Both the position numbers and the translations under genes were made by a program. From Gemmatimonadales bacterium (GTDB lineage Bacteria; Gemmatimonadota; Gemmatimonadetes; Gemmatimonadales; Gemmatimonadaceae), in assembly GCA_038224035.1 (NCBI GenBank), contig JBBRFQ010000001.1:9140-73139 (forward strand): 64,000 bases of DNA, read 5' to 3'. A model generated the notes under the pieces. That model did no database searches. It was not told the origin of the DNA and worked only from the letters and a program-made list of their open reading frames with translations. How positions within the stretch are numbered: the stretch's first letter is position 1; each line of letters opens with the position of its first letter. Shown one piece after another: positions 10,501 to 18,778 of this stretch.

Positions 10501-10571
10501 GTTCGACCGTGCTCCGCGTGGTCAAGGTGGCGCCCACCGATCGCGCCGTGATGGTGCCGGCCGTGCGGTAA
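7512..10571 (+). CDS. Large secreted BNR/Asp-box repeat protein (sortilin/VPS10-like glycosyl-hydrolase-like beta-propellers) with Gly-rich linkers
   Basis: Repeated S-x-D-x-G-x-T-W boxes (SSDGGLTW, TVDGGKTW, STDGGTSW, SADAGTTW, SDDGGHSW, RNDGGTWE) and a signal peptide. Poly-Gly tracts lie near the C-terminus, followed by a short beta domain. Confidence 0.75.
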   Translation: MLGREPSTPLAVLSRSLRAAALAALLVGPTAASADAQLIADSTTRAAMRWRSLGPVNMVGRITALAVNPKNHKIFYVAGATGGIWKTVNAGTTFFPVWDDGPIASMGDIAIAPSNPDIVWAGTGEEDSRNSVAPGFGVYKSSDGGLTWQSMGLERTQHIGRIVIHPTNPDIVYVAALGALWGTNAERGLYKTVDGGKTWALSKFISDRAGFVDVAMDPRDPNVLYAASWERIRKPSSFNSGGPGSALWKSTDGGTSWNEVRGGGFPGTMKGRITLAIARSNPDVVYAMVEADSVRGTKTPQLLLSGLYRSADAGTTWTWMSTENRRPFYFSEIAVDPKNPDRVYRLAVAFHASDDGGHSWRASMLGIHEDYHAMWINPDDPEHFLVGGDAGLFQTVDRGGTYDALNKMVMSQFYGISYDYQVPYRVCGGMQDNGTSCAITRRRGGSLQMTDWFALFAADGLQSAQNPFNPDIVYFESQGGNLMRRDLGTGELSRLRPRTLSRANYAPQIAAIQSAAAGRKLTAEEQGRLTAVRARMKDELSDPQVATRWNWNTPFILSRHDANVFYAGAEKLFKSVKSGLDLYAISPDLSTADEDVLRITTGFDALGNPASDATGGITRDATGAEENATIVTIGESPIKPGMLYVGTSDGKVWLTRNDGGTWEDLSGRFAGVPRNTYVSRVEGSRYDTATLYVSFDNHRENDFTPYLFVSRDYGKSFASLAAGIPRDRPNTVYVVREDPVNKELLYIGTELGVSASLDAGRSWFALNGNLPVVPVYDLQVHPRDRELIAGTHGRGVQILDVAPLQQMTAPVAAKPVHVFEPAPAFQYGQLPAPSEVRAQSPWRTEGGPSGAVITYRLSAPVTGAARVFVLSAGGDTLARLAGGNTAGLHRVEWNLDAGGGAGGFGGGGGRGAQGAGGVQLEGFPAGYNPRPAEARGAADSSASPAAVQRRLAAAAAAPQATGGGSGGGGGGFGGFGAARPADTGDYRIVLEAGGQTSSTVLRVVKVAPTDRAVMVPAVR

Positions 10572-10758
10572 GCTGGCGAGGTGCTGGAGCGCGTCACACC
10601 ACTCAGCCGGGGGACAGCAGACGCTGTCCTCCGGTGATTTGTCTTTTGACTTCTTCATTCGAGAGCCGCGCCGCACGATGCGCTTGCCCGACGCATCCAC
10701 TTCGCGCATCGTTCGAAAGTGTCAGTGCGTCAGCGCCTCACTCCTACCCATTGCTCGC

Positions 10759-11721
10759 ATGACTGAAGAATCCGCGCAGGCGATTGTCATCATTGCTGCA
10801 ATCGCCGCCATGGCCGACGGCGTGCGTGACGCTCAGGAGCAGGCGCAGATCGCCGATGCCGCCGCCCGACTCGGCGTGCCGCTCGACGAAGTCGTGCTCG
10901 CAGACGGCGCCAGCGCCCCGATCGAAGCCGCGAAAGTCGCGCGACGGCTGACAACGATCGAAGCGCGCCTCGCGGCATATCAAGTAGCGGTCGCCGTGTG
11001 CCACGCCGACGGCTACGCCAATACGCGCGAGACGCTGTTCCTCCAGAGCCTGGCCAAGTCGCTCGACGTCGATGCCGCGCAGATCGACGCTCAGTCGACG
11101 ACTACCGCCAAGGCAATCGATGGCTGGCTGTCGGCCGGCAGCGGAACTGCGTCCGGTGCGTCGTTTGCGTCAAGCGCTGGTGCAACGAACGCGCCGCCGA
11201 GCGACGCGGGCTCGAGGGACGAGTTCATTCTGAATCAGGCACTGCTCTCGGCCGCGCTCGAACTGCTTCCCGATCGGCTCGCGAACCTCGGCATCATTCC
11301 GCTGCAGATGCGACTCGTGCACATGATCGGGCAACGCAGCGGAGCGACCGACGGGCCGCACGTGCGGGAGCTGATGGCCACGCTCGGTGTTGGCATCGCG
11401 GCGCAGGTCATGGAATCCGTGGTGCGCAAAACCTTCGGCGGATTGGCCGGCGGTTTGCTCGGTGGATTGTTCGGTGGCGTGGCCGGCACGGCCGCCGGCG
11501 GTGCCGTCACCTTCGCGGCCACATATGCACTGGGACACGCAGCGCAGCAGTACTACGCGCAAGGGCGCAACATGTCGTCCACCGACTTCAAAGCGCTATT
11601 CTCAAAACTCAAGCAGGACGCCACGACCATGTATCCACGGGTGCAGGAGCGTGTGAGCGAGATCGCGCGCGGCAACTCGCTCCAGTCGATCATGCAGCAG
11701 GTCCGTGGGGAAATGGCGTAA
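10759..11721 (+). CDS. TerB-like N-terminal domain protein with Gly-rich hydrophobic C-terminal (DUF697-like) region
   Basis: The start was set at ATG MTEESAQ. The N-terminus (IIAAIAAMADG...ETLFLQSLAKSLDV) resembles TerB-type four-helix modules. The C-terminus has IIPLQMRLVHMIGQRSG and a GGLxGGLFGG glycine zipper. The domain assignment is tentative. Confidence 0.5.
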   Translation: MTEESAQAIVIIAAIAAMADGVRDAQEQAQIADAAARLGVPLDEVVLADGASAPIEAAKVARRLTTIEARLAAYQVAVAVCHADGYANTRETLFLQSLAKSLDVDAAQIDAQSTTTAKAIDGWLSAGSGTASGASFASSAGATNAPPSDAGSRDEFILNQALLSAALELLPDRLANLGIIPLQMRLVHMIGQRSGATDGPHVRELMATLGVGIAAQVMESVVRKTFGGLAGGLLGGLFGGVAGTAAGGAVTFAATYALGHAAQQYYAQGRNMSSTDFKALFSKLKQDATTMYPRVQERVSEIARGNSLQSIMQQVRGEMA

Positions 11722-11759
11722 CAGGCCGACCGGCACACCGTCGCTTCCTCCTCAATATC

Positions 11760-13379
11760 ATGACTTCCCGTCGATCGTTTCTCGCGACCAGTTCGGCTAC
11801 GGCACTCTCGCTGTTGGCCGCTCAACGACTGCTCGGCGCCTCCGCCGACCACGACCTCATTCTGCGCGGCGGTACGGTGTTCGATGGCACCGGCACCCCG
11901 GGTCGCGAGCTCGATGTTGGCATCACGAACGGCCGCATTGCGGAGCTGGCACCCTCGATCACGGGCCGTGGCCGCGAAGAAATCGACACGCGTGGACTGG
12001 TGGTTGCGCCCGGTTTTGTGGATTTGCATTCACACGCCGATAGCGCGCTGTTTGAAGATCCGCGCGCCGAGTCGGTGATTCGTCAGGGCATCACCACAAT
12101 CGTTGGTGGAGCCGACGGGAGTTCGCGCGCGCTGGGCTCCCCGGCGCGTCCGTTTGCCGCGTATTTCGATAGCATTGACCGATTGCAGCCGGCGTGCAAC
12201 GTGGCCAGCAACGTCGGCTTGGGCAGCGTGCGCGGCGCTGTGGTCGGCAACGACGACCGTCCGGCGACGGCCTCGGAACTCGACAGCATGCGCACGTTCG
12301 TGGAACGCGCACTGGCCGATGGGGCGTGCGGTGCATCGTCGGGACTTGAGTACACACCAGGCGCTTTCGCGTCGCGGGAAGAACTCATTGCGCTGTGCAA
12401 GCCGCTTGCGGCGCGCGGTCTCGTGTACGCCACACACATGCGCAATGAGGATGATCGGTTGCTCGAGGCGATTGATGAATCGATCGCCGTCGCCAAGGGC
12501 GCCGGATGCGGCCTGCAGATCTCACATCTCAAAACGCAGGGACCACGTAACTGGAAGTCGCTCGATATGGTGTTCGCGCGCATCGAAGCCGAGCAGGCCG
12601 GCGGCCTTGATGTTGCGTTTGATCGCTACCCATATCTCGCGTACGCAACGGGGCTCACCAATCTCTTCCCGGTTTGGAGTCGCGACGGTGGCACCGCGGC
12701 ATTTTTCCGTCGACTCGATGATGCGACGGATGGCCCCAGGATCCGCACGGAAACACTGGCCAAGATCGCGCTGCTCGGCGGCTGGGACAATGTACAGATC
12801 ACGTCCGTGGGTGCGGTTGTGGACCGCGATGCGGAGGGCGCTCGGCTCGGCGCGTACGCGAATCGTAGCAACACTGATCCGTACGAGCGCACCGTGCAGT
12901 TGCTACGCCGTAGCGACGGCAACGTGAGCATGGTCGGCTTTGCGATGAGCGAGGAGAACCTTGAACGCATTCTGGCGCATCCACTCGGCATGGTGTGCAC
13001 GGACGGCGGCGGCTTTGCGATTGACGGTCCGACGCGCCGAGGCAGTCCGCATCCGCGTGGCATTGGCAGTTTCGCGCGCGTACTCGGACGATACGTGCGT
13101 GAGCGCAGCGCGCTCACGATGGCGGCGGCGATTCACAAGATGAGCGCGCTGCCGGCCTCGCGCGTCCGACTGACCGATCGAGGCCGGATCGCGGTTGGAC
13201 TGTGGGCCGACATCACGGTGTTCGACGCTGCCAGAATTGCCGACACGGCAACGTTCGAGGCGCCGTTTCAGTACCCCGACGGCATGCGGCTGGTGCTGGT
13301 GAACGGCGCGGTGGCGCTGCGAAACGGCGAGCGGTCAGCGGTGGGAACGGGGCGGGCGCTACGGCGGTCGACGCGGTAA
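11760..13379 (+). CDS. N-acyl-D-amino-acid deacylase (D-aminoacylase) family amidohydrolase, Tat-signal
   Basis: Twin-arginine signal MTSRRSFLATS, metal-binding VDLHSHAD and a family-typical layout. The 793-aa ORF in the track is an artefactual 5' extension that overlaps the previous gene. Confidence 0.8.
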   Translation: MTSRRSFLATSSATALSLLAAQRLLGASADHDLILRGGTVFDGTGTPGRELDVGITNGRIAELAPSITGRGREEIDTRGLVVAPGFVDLHSHADSALFEDPRAESVIRQGITTIVGGADGSSRALGSPARPFAAYFDSIDRLQPACNVASNVGLGSVRGAVVGNDDRPATASELDSMRTFVERALADGACGASSGLEYTPGAFASREELIALCKPLAARGLVYATHMRNEDDRLLEAIDESIAVAKGAGCGLQISHLKTQGPRNWKSLDMVFARIEAEQAGGLDVAFDRYPYLAYATGLTNLFPVWSRDGGTAAFFRRLDDATDGPRIRTETLAKIALLGGWDNVQITSVGAVVDRDAEGARLGAYANRSNTDPYERTVQLLRRSDGNVSMVGFAMSEENLERILAHPLGMVCTDGGGFAIDGPTRRGSPHPRGIGSFARVLGRYVRERSALTMAAAIHKMSALPASRVRLTDRGRIAVGLWADITVFDAARIADTATFEAPFQYPDGMRLVLVNGAVALRNGERSAVGTGRALRRSTR

Positions 13380-13425
13380 GTGGAGATGCTGAGGAGGAAT
13401 CGGCAACCTTGACGGCATTCTTCCC

Positions 13426-13449
13426 TTGACTTAGTTTGTTGACTAAGTC
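13426..13449. promoter_or_regulatory. Putative toxin-antitoxin operator/promoter: 8-bp inverted repeat GACTTAGT-N6-ACTAAGTC with two TTGACT boxes
   Basis: Perfect inverted repeat at 13428-13435 and 13442-13449, immediately upstream of the antitoxin ATG. TA antitoxins commonly autoregulate through such palindromes. Confidence 0.35.
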
Positions 13450-13453
13450 TTAC

Positions 13454-13747
13454 ATGGAGCCAGCTATGACCGTGCCGCCCGATGAGTCCGACCATTCGCC
13501 TTCCGTCGACGCCGAGGAAGTGACGGTGCACTACGCTAAAACACATCTGTCACGCCTTCTGCGCGAGGTCGCGACGGGCGCAGAGTACGTCATCGCTCGC
13601 GGCAACACGCCCGTGGCGCGCCTGATCCCGATCGATCAACGTGGTTCGCAGCGCGAGTTCGGGGCGCTGCGCGAATCGCTGGTGGTTCCGGCCGATTTTT
13701 TGTCGCCCCTGACCAGCACCGAGCTCGATGCTTGGGACGGCGGCTGA
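13454..13747 (+). CDS. Phd/YefM-family type II antitoxin
   Basis: VTVHYAKTHLSRLLREVATGAEYVIARGNTPVARLIP is a typical Phd/YefM N-terminal domain. It sits directly upstream of, and overlaps, a PIN toxin gene. The start is ATG 13454 or 13466. Confidence 0.75.
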   Translation: MEPAMTVPPDESDHSPSVDAEEVTVHYAKTHLSRLLREVATGAEYVIARGNTPVARLIPIDQRGSQREFGALRESLVVPADFLSPLTSTELDAWDGG

Positions 13748-14129
13748 AGTGCTGCTACTCGATACGCACGCGCTCCTGTGGTGGCTGGCCGGCGACGCAC
13801 AGCTCTCCGGGCACGCACGTGCGTCCATCGAGAGCGCGCGAGCCGTGCACGTAAGCGCCGTCTCCACCTGGGAGATCGCCATCAAGACGCAGCTCGGCAA
13901 GCTGCCGGGTGGCGAGCTGCTGCTCGCCGAGCTTCCTGACTTGCTGCTGGCCCAAGGATTCACGGAGCTTCCAATCGTCGGGCGAGACGCGCACATGGCC
14001 GGCCTGCTCCCGCGACACCACCGCGACCCGTTTGATCGCATGCTCGTTGCCCAGTCACTGCGCCTCGGGCTTCCGTTGGTGAGCAACGATCCGCTGCTCG
14101 TACCCTATGGGGTCACGCGGATCTGGTAG
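13728..14129 (+). CDS. vapC: VapC-family PIN-domain toxin (type II TA)
   Basis: LLLDTHALLWW...STWEIAIK...HRDPFDRMLVAQ...VSND carries the PIN acidic-residue pattern. An alternative GTG start at 13749 lies just after the antitoxin stop. Confidence 0.8.
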   Translation: MLGTAAEVLLLDTHALLWWLAGDAQLSGHARASIESARAVHVSAVSTWEIAIKTQLGKLPGGELLLAELPDLLLAQGFTELPIVGRDAHMAGLLPRHHRDPFDRMLVAQSLRLGLPLVSNDPLLVPYGVTRIW

Positions 14130-14140
14130 TTCGTACCGCG

Positions 14141-14785
14141 TCAGCGAACGCCGATGTCCTTGTGCGTTTGCACTGACAAACGCCAACGCGGATTTGCCAG
14201 ACAATACGCGATAGCCGCGGCCGTATTTTCCGCTCGCCGAGGTCCGTCCATTGGCTGCAGCAAGAAGTTCGCGAAGTTGAACGAGGCGAATCGCGCCGGA
14301 TCACCAGCCGGTCCATCCTGCGGAAACACCAGCTTAAGTTCGTCGCCTGCCGTTTGTACCAGCGTCGCATTTACTTTCGGACTGACGCACAACCAATCAA
14401 TCCCCTCCGGGGCGGCGATCGTACCGTTACTCTCCACGGCGATCTCAAACCCTTCGTCGTGCAGCGCACTGATCGCCGCGCGGTCAAGCTGCAGCAACGG
14501 TTCGCCGCCCGTGCACACCACGAACGGTCGGGCGCCGGCCGCCGCTTCGTCCGGCCAGCGCAACTTCACCGCAGCGGCCAACGCGCCCGCCGTGGCAAAT
14601 TTCCCGCCGTCCGGCCCCACGCCGACAAAATCCGTGTCGCAGAACTGGCACACTGCGTCGGCACGGTCGGCCTCACGTCCCGTCCACAGATTGCATCCGG
14701 AAAAACGGCAGAACACGGCCGGTCGGCCGGCGTTCACACCCTCACCTTGTAAAGTGTAGAAAATCTCCTTCACCGTGTACGTCAT
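14141..14785 (-). CDS. queE: 7-carboxy-7-deazaguanine synthase (radical SAM)
   Basis: N-terminus [28 protein letters not shown] and the ending LQPMD...RLSVQTHK are classical QueE features. It overlaps the queC stop by 4 nt. Confidence 0.9.
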   Translation of the reverse strand: MTYTVKEIFYTLQGEGVNAGRPAVFCRFSGCNLWTGREADRADAVCQFCDTDFVGVGPDGGKFATAGALAAAVKLRWPDEAAAGARPFVVCTGGEPLLQLDRAAISALHDEGFEIAVESNGTIAAPEGIDWLCVSPKVNATLVQTAGDELKLVFPQDGPAGDPARFASFNFANFLLQPMDGPRRAENTAAAIAYCLANPRWRLSVQTHKDIGVR

Positions 14786-15567
14786 GAGTCGCGCGGCTCC
14801 ACGTAGGCGATCGGATCCTGTGCACCCGCTTCGGCAAAACCTTTGAGACGCAGCAAGCAGGCGTCACAGTGTCCGCACGCAGAGCCGTCGGCCGAGGGAT
14901 CGTAGCAACTTGTGGTAATGGAATAGTCCACGCCGAGCGAATGCCCAAGCGCAATGATGCCGGCCTTGGTGAGATGCAGCAGCGGTGCGTGAATGGCGAG
15001 ACGGTGCGTGCCTTCCACGCCGGCGCGTGTGGCCAGATTCGCCATCGTCTCGAAGGCGCGCAGGTAGTCCGGCCGGCAATCGGGATAGCCGGAATAATCG
15101 AGCGCATTCACACCGACAAAAATGTCGGTGGCACCCAATGTTTCCGCCCACGCGAGCGCGAACGACAGAAAGATCGTGTTGCGGGCCGGCACATAGGTGA
15201 CTGGGATATCGTGCGCCGACGCAACATCGCGATCCTTGGGCACCGCGACATCGCCGGTGAGCGCCGAACCGCCCCACTGTCGCAAATCGATATCTACGAC
15301 GACGTGTGCCGTCACGCCCTGCGCCGCTGCCACGCGGTGCGCCGCCTCAATTTCGTAGGCGTGGCGCTGGCCGTAGCGAAACGTCATGGCGTGCGGCGAG
15401 AAGCCGTCGCGCTTGGCGACCGACAGCACGGTGGTGGAGTCGAGCCCTCCGCTGAGCAGTACCACTGCCGGACGAGGGCCACTTCTCTCTTTCGGAGAGG
15501 ACGGATCCGAGCCGCCCGAACGGGGTGTATGGCCTGTCGAAGAATTCATCGCGGAAGACATGCCCAA
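14782..15567 (-). CDS. queC: 7-cyano-7-deazaguanine synthase
   Basis: PP-loop [12 protein letters not shown] and the C-terminal zinc cluster CYD...CGHCDAC. The start is TTG 15567 or ATG 15561. Confidence 0.9.
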   Translation of the reverse strand: MGMSSAMNSSTGHTPRSGGSDPSSPKERSGPRPAVVLLSGGLDSTTVLSVAKRDGFSPHAMTFRYGQRHAYEIEAAHRVAAAQGVTAHVVVDIDLRQWGGSALTGDVAVPKDRDVASAHDIPVTYVPARNTIFLSFALAWAETLGATDIFVGVNALDYSGYPDCRPDYLRAFETMANLATRAGVEGTHRLAIHAPLLHLTKAGIIALGHSLGVDYSITTSCYDPSADGSACGHCDACLLRLKGFAEAGAQDPIAYVEPRDS

Positions 15568-15655
15568 AGCTATCTCCGCTCCAGCTGGTCAGGGTATTCT
15601 TCGGCGTCAAACACCGTCACCCTTTTGCCCCCGTCCCGTCGTGCCCACGTCTCGA

Positions 15656-16882
15656 ATGTTCAGCCGCCTTACGCTCGCGTCGGCCCCGCTGGCGCTCTGC
15701 TGTCTGTCGCTGGTGGCCTGCGCGCAGCAGGGCAACGGCGCGCGCTCGCCGGCCGCCCCCACCCGCAGCTACTCCCCAGCCATCACCGAAGCGGATTTGC
15801 GCCAACGGCTCTTCATCTACGCCGACGATTCCATGCAGGGGCGCGATGCCGGCAGCGTGGGCCACGAAAAGGCGCTCTCCTACCTCGTGAGCGAACTCAC
15901 GCGACTTGGCGTCAAGCCTGCCGGTGAAAACGGCTACTATCAGCGCGTGCCGCTGGTGCCACGCCGCGCACCGGCCGGTGAGCGCGTTGATACAAGCTGG
16001 TCACGCAATGTCGTGGCCGTGATTGAAGGGAGCGACCCGACGCTCAAGGCCGAGTACGTCGCGCTCGGCGCGCACAGCGATCACGTCGGCTTTTCGCGTC
16101 GTGCCGTTGATCATGACTCCATGCGTGCGTTTCTGCGCGCCGGATGGGAGGCCATCGGGCGCGATGCCAACGCACGGGGACCGTCGCCGGATCAACTGGC
16201 CGCGATTCGCGTGAACGTGGATTCGCTCCGCAAGATCCGGCCGGCCCGGCTTGACTCCATCAACAACGGCGCCGACGATGACGGGTCTGGGTCCATGGCG
16301 CTGCTCGAGATTGCCGAAGCCTTTGCCACAAGCGGTACGAAGCCCAAGCGTTCGCTGCTGCTCGTGTGGCACACCGCGGAAGAGAAGGGCCTCGTGGGTG
16401 CGGCGTGGTTCATGGACCATCCCACCGTCGACCGCAACAAGATCGTTGCGCAGATCAATATCGACATGATCGGCCGAGGCAGCGCACGCGACGTCAAAGG
16501 CGGCGGGGACGATTTTCTCACGGTGCTCGGCCCGAAGCGGCTGTCGTCGCAGTTCGACCGATGGGTGCGTGAGGTGAACGACCAGCAGCCGCGCCCGCTC
16601 AAGCTCGACTACGAGTTCGACGGCGACGGACACCCGCAGCAGTTCTACTGCCGTAGCGATCACTATCATTACGCGCGTTACGGCATCCCGATTGCGTTCT
16701 TCTTTACCAGCATTCACGAAGACTACCATCAGGTGACTGACGAGCCGCAGTACATCGAGTATCCCAAGTACACGCGAATCACACGGTACCTGCATGAGCT
16801 GGCCGCATTCACGGCGAACCAGCCGCAGGCGCCGGTCGTGGACAAGCCGAAACCCGATCCGGCGGGCACCTGTCGGCAGTGA
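15656..16882 (+). CDS. M28 family metallopeptidase (aminopeptidase), lipoprotein
   Basis: Signal with lipobox (LSLVACAQ), the metal-ligand region GADDDGSGSMALLEIAEAF, and HTAEEKGLVG. The track ORF start (15386) runs antisense through queC and was rejected. Confidence 0.8.
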   Translation: MFSRLTLASAPLALCCLSLVACAQQGNGARSPAAPTRSYSPAITEADLRQRLFIYADDSMQGRDAGSVGHEKALSYLVSELTRLGVKPAGENGYYQRVPLVPRRAPAGERVDTSWSRNVVAVIEGSDPTLKAEYVALGAHSDHVGFSRRAVDHDSMRAFLRAGWEAIGRDANARGPSPDQLAAIRVNVDSLRKIRPARLDSINNGADDDGSGSMALLEIAEAFATSGTKPKRSLLLVWHTAEEKGLVGAAWFMDHPTVDRNKIVAQINIDMIGRGSARDVKGGGDDFLTVLGPKRLSSQFDRWVREVNDQQPRPLKLDYEFDGDGHPQQFYCRSDHYHYARYGIPIAFFFTSIHEDYHQVTDEPQYIEYPKYTRITRYLHELAAFTANQPQAPVVDKPKPDPAGTCRQ

Positions 16883-16984
16883 TCGCTGCCGACGGCTGGC
16901 AATCGTTCGCTATCCGCTTCGGCGACTCGGACTCCGCAGTACTCGCAACTTCACGCCTGACAAACAAAGTCACCTACGGAGCAT

Positions 16985-17752
16985 GTGATGGAATGGCTGT
17001 CTGATCCAGCGGCCTGGATTTCGTTGTTGACGTTGACCGCGCTCGAGATTGTCCTCGGCATCGACAACATCATTTTCATTTCGATTCTCGCCTCGCGTGT
17101 AGAGGCGTCCAAGCAGGCGAAGGCGCGCCGACTGGGGTTGATGGGGGCGTTTGTCAGCCGACTCGGTCTACTCTTTTCCATCGCGTGGATCGCACGGCTC
17201 ACCGAGCCGCTCTTCGAGGTGTTCGGCCGTGGTTGGGGCGGCCGTGATTTGATTCTGGTGTTCGGCGGCCTCTTTCTCATCGGCAAGGCCGTCCTCGAAA
17301 TTCATCACAAGCTCGAGCCCGAGAAGGCCACCGCGGGTGAGGTTGCGCGAGCAGCTGCGTCCATGGGTGCGGTCGTCTCGCAGATTATGGTCATCGACAT
17401 CGTGTTCTCGCTCGATTCCGTGATTACCGCGGTCGGCATGGCCGAGCACATCGAGATCATGGTGGCGGCGAACGTGATCGCGCTCGCGGTGATGCTGCTG
17501 GCGGTGACACCCGTGAGCGCGTTTGTGGAGAAGCATCCCACCGTAAAGGTTCTGGCCCTCGCATTCCTTGTCCTGATCGGCACGAATCTCGTGGCCGAGG
17601 GTTTCGGACAGCACATCTCGAAGGGCTACACCTATTTCGCGATGGCGTTTTCCGTGCTGGTGGAGATGATCAATCTTCGTGTTCGATCGACGATTGTGCC
17701 TGTCGAGCTGCGCGCTGAGCCGGTCGCCGAGACTCATCGAGGCGCATTGTAA
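16985..17752 (+). CDS. TerC family integral membrane protein
   Basis: LTALEIVLGIDNIIFISIL and the second DSVITAVGM repeat are TerC hallmarks. It is a multi-pass membrane protein. Confidence 0.85.
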   Translation: MMEWLSDPAAWISLLTLTALEIVLGIDNIIFISILASRVEASKQAKARRLGLMGAFVSRLGLLFSIAWIARLTEPLFEVFGRGWGGRDLILVFGGLFLIGKAVLEIHHKLEPEKATAGEVARAAASMGAVVSQIMVIDIVFSLDSVITAVGMAEHIEIMVAANVIALAVMLLAVTPVSAFVEKHPTVKVLALAFLVLIGTNLVAEGFGQHISKGYTYFAMAFSVLVEMINLRVRSTIVPVELRAEPVAETHRGAL

Positions 17753-17808
17753 GCAGCCACGTGGCTGCCCCCGTTGACCATGCACTGACCCAGAATCCGC
17801 GGTCTCAC

Positions 17809-17837
17809 CTGTCCGTCAGGGGGGACAGCGGGTTTTG
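17809..17837 (+). terminator. Weak intrinsic-terminator-like hairpin downstream of the TerC-family gene
   Basis: CTGTCC-N8-GGACAG followed by CGGGTTTTGCGTTT. The stem is short, so this is tentative. Confidence 0.3.
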
Positions 17838-17954
17838 CGTTTAGCCGCCTCGTGTGTCGGTAACCCGTTGATCTATCATCAGTTTCACGATGCAAGCGAC
17901 GCCTGCGTCAGTTTGGCCCGCGCTCTGCACTAGAACAAGACCAACCGATTCCTC

Positions 17955-18674
17955 ATGGAGGGGAACATGAACTCTGCTCTTGTTCGCAACGCTCGCGCTT
18001 CCGTGGTCAGCCTACCCGTCGTCACTGCAGACTCCCATTTTGCGTCCGTCAAGCTGCGGCTGGCGGCGGGTATGGCAACCACCGCGCTTCTGCTTTCACT
18101 GCCGCTGATCTCGGGCGGCGCCCAGACGTTGGGCCTCGGAGGCTCTGTCACGCCGTACGCCGGTTATCTCGTCACGGGACAGTGGTACGACGGCCCCGTT
18201 GGCACCTCGCTCTCGACGGCGAATACGCCGATGATTGGCGCACAGCTCTCCATCCCGCTGGTGGCGGGGTTGTCGCTGACGGGAAACGTGGGCTACGCCT
18301 CAGGTGACGTGCGGGTCGGGGTGCCGTTCCTCGGTGGCCTCAACGTGGGTACGAACAAGTTATGGGTGTATGACGCGGGACTCGAACTGGGTGGACTGCC
18401 GCGCGGAGGCACGGGTCTCGCTCCGTTCGTGCAGGGCGGGGTGGGCGGCATGACGAACAATTTGAGCAGCCGCGTGTTCTCGACGCAGTCCACGAACCTC
18501 ATGTACTCGGCGGGTGTAGGTGTGGATGTCGGGTTGTCCCGGAAAATCGCCCTGCGCGTTCAGGCGAAGGACTACATCGGGCGCTTCGACACCCAGGAAG
18601 CGATTGGCATTGGAACGCGCGGGAACCTGTCGCATAACTGGGCCTTGAGTGCAGGTGTGAAGCTCGCCTTCTAG
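17955..18674 (+). CDS. Outer-membrane beta-barrel protein (OmpA-beta/OmpW-like porin family)
   Basis: Alternating Gly/aromatic beta-strand pattern, an internal signal-like segment KLRLAAGMATTALLLSLPLISGGAQT, and a C-terminal ...GVKLAF with terminal Phe. The exact start is uncertain (17955, 17967 or 18072). Confidence 0.55.
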   Translation: MEGNMNSALVRNARASVVSLPVVTADSHFASVKLRLAAGMATTALLLSLPLISGGAQTLGLGGSVTPYAGYLVTGQWYDGPVGTSLSTANTPMIGAQLSIPLVAGLSLTGNVGYASGDVRVGVPFLGGLNVGTNKLWVYDAGLELGGLPRGGTGLAPFVQGGVGGMTNNLSSRVFSTQSTNLMYSAGVGVDVGLSRKIALRVQAKDYIGRFDTQEAIGIGTRGNLSHNWALSAGVKLAF

Positions 18675-18778
18675 CCGGTCGGCGTTAGACTAGGCACAAG
18701 GGATGGGCGCCGGGTCGGTCCCGTTGCGGGTCCGGCTCGGCATTCCATTCCGCCACCCGCTGGCTGGCCCGTCTACTC

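Noticed and set aside
10998-11759. A 254-codon N-terminal extension of the D-aminoacylase ORF (the 793-aa ORF in the track).
   Set aside because: The extension overlaps the TerB-like gene in another frame and is extremely Arg-rich. A Tat signal (MTSRRSFLATS) begins at the internal ATG 11760, which gives a normal-length enzyme.
15386-15655. A 90-codon extension of the M28 peptidase ORF. Similar extensions occur for the lipoprotein (54824..55345) and the S9 peptidase (5014..5100).
   Set aside because: The extensions run antisense through neighbouring genes or lie upstream of clear signal peptides and RBS-ATG pairs. Internal starts give canonical signal sequences.
15568-15655. A possible preQ1 riboswitch upstream of queC.
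   Set aside because: No preQ1-like A-rich tail or pseudoknot pattern is recognisable. The region is short and is shared with the divergent M28 peptidase promoter.
16883-16984. A possible Mn2+ (yybP-ykoY) riboswitch upstream of the TerC-family gene.
   Set aside because: This was expected from family knowledge, but I could not recognise the conserved four-way-junction sequence features in these 102 nt. A covariance-model scan is needed before any claim.
17753-17768. The 16-nt perfect palindrome GCAGCCACGTGGCTGC right after the TerC-family stop shares a CACGTG core with the 56-kb axis (GGAACACGTGTTCC). It might be a repeated recognition motif.
   Set aside because: There are only two instances. 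The flanks differ, CACGTG is frequent in GC-rich DNA, and other CACGTG sites in the window are not palindromic beyond the hexamer. This is most likely coincidence.
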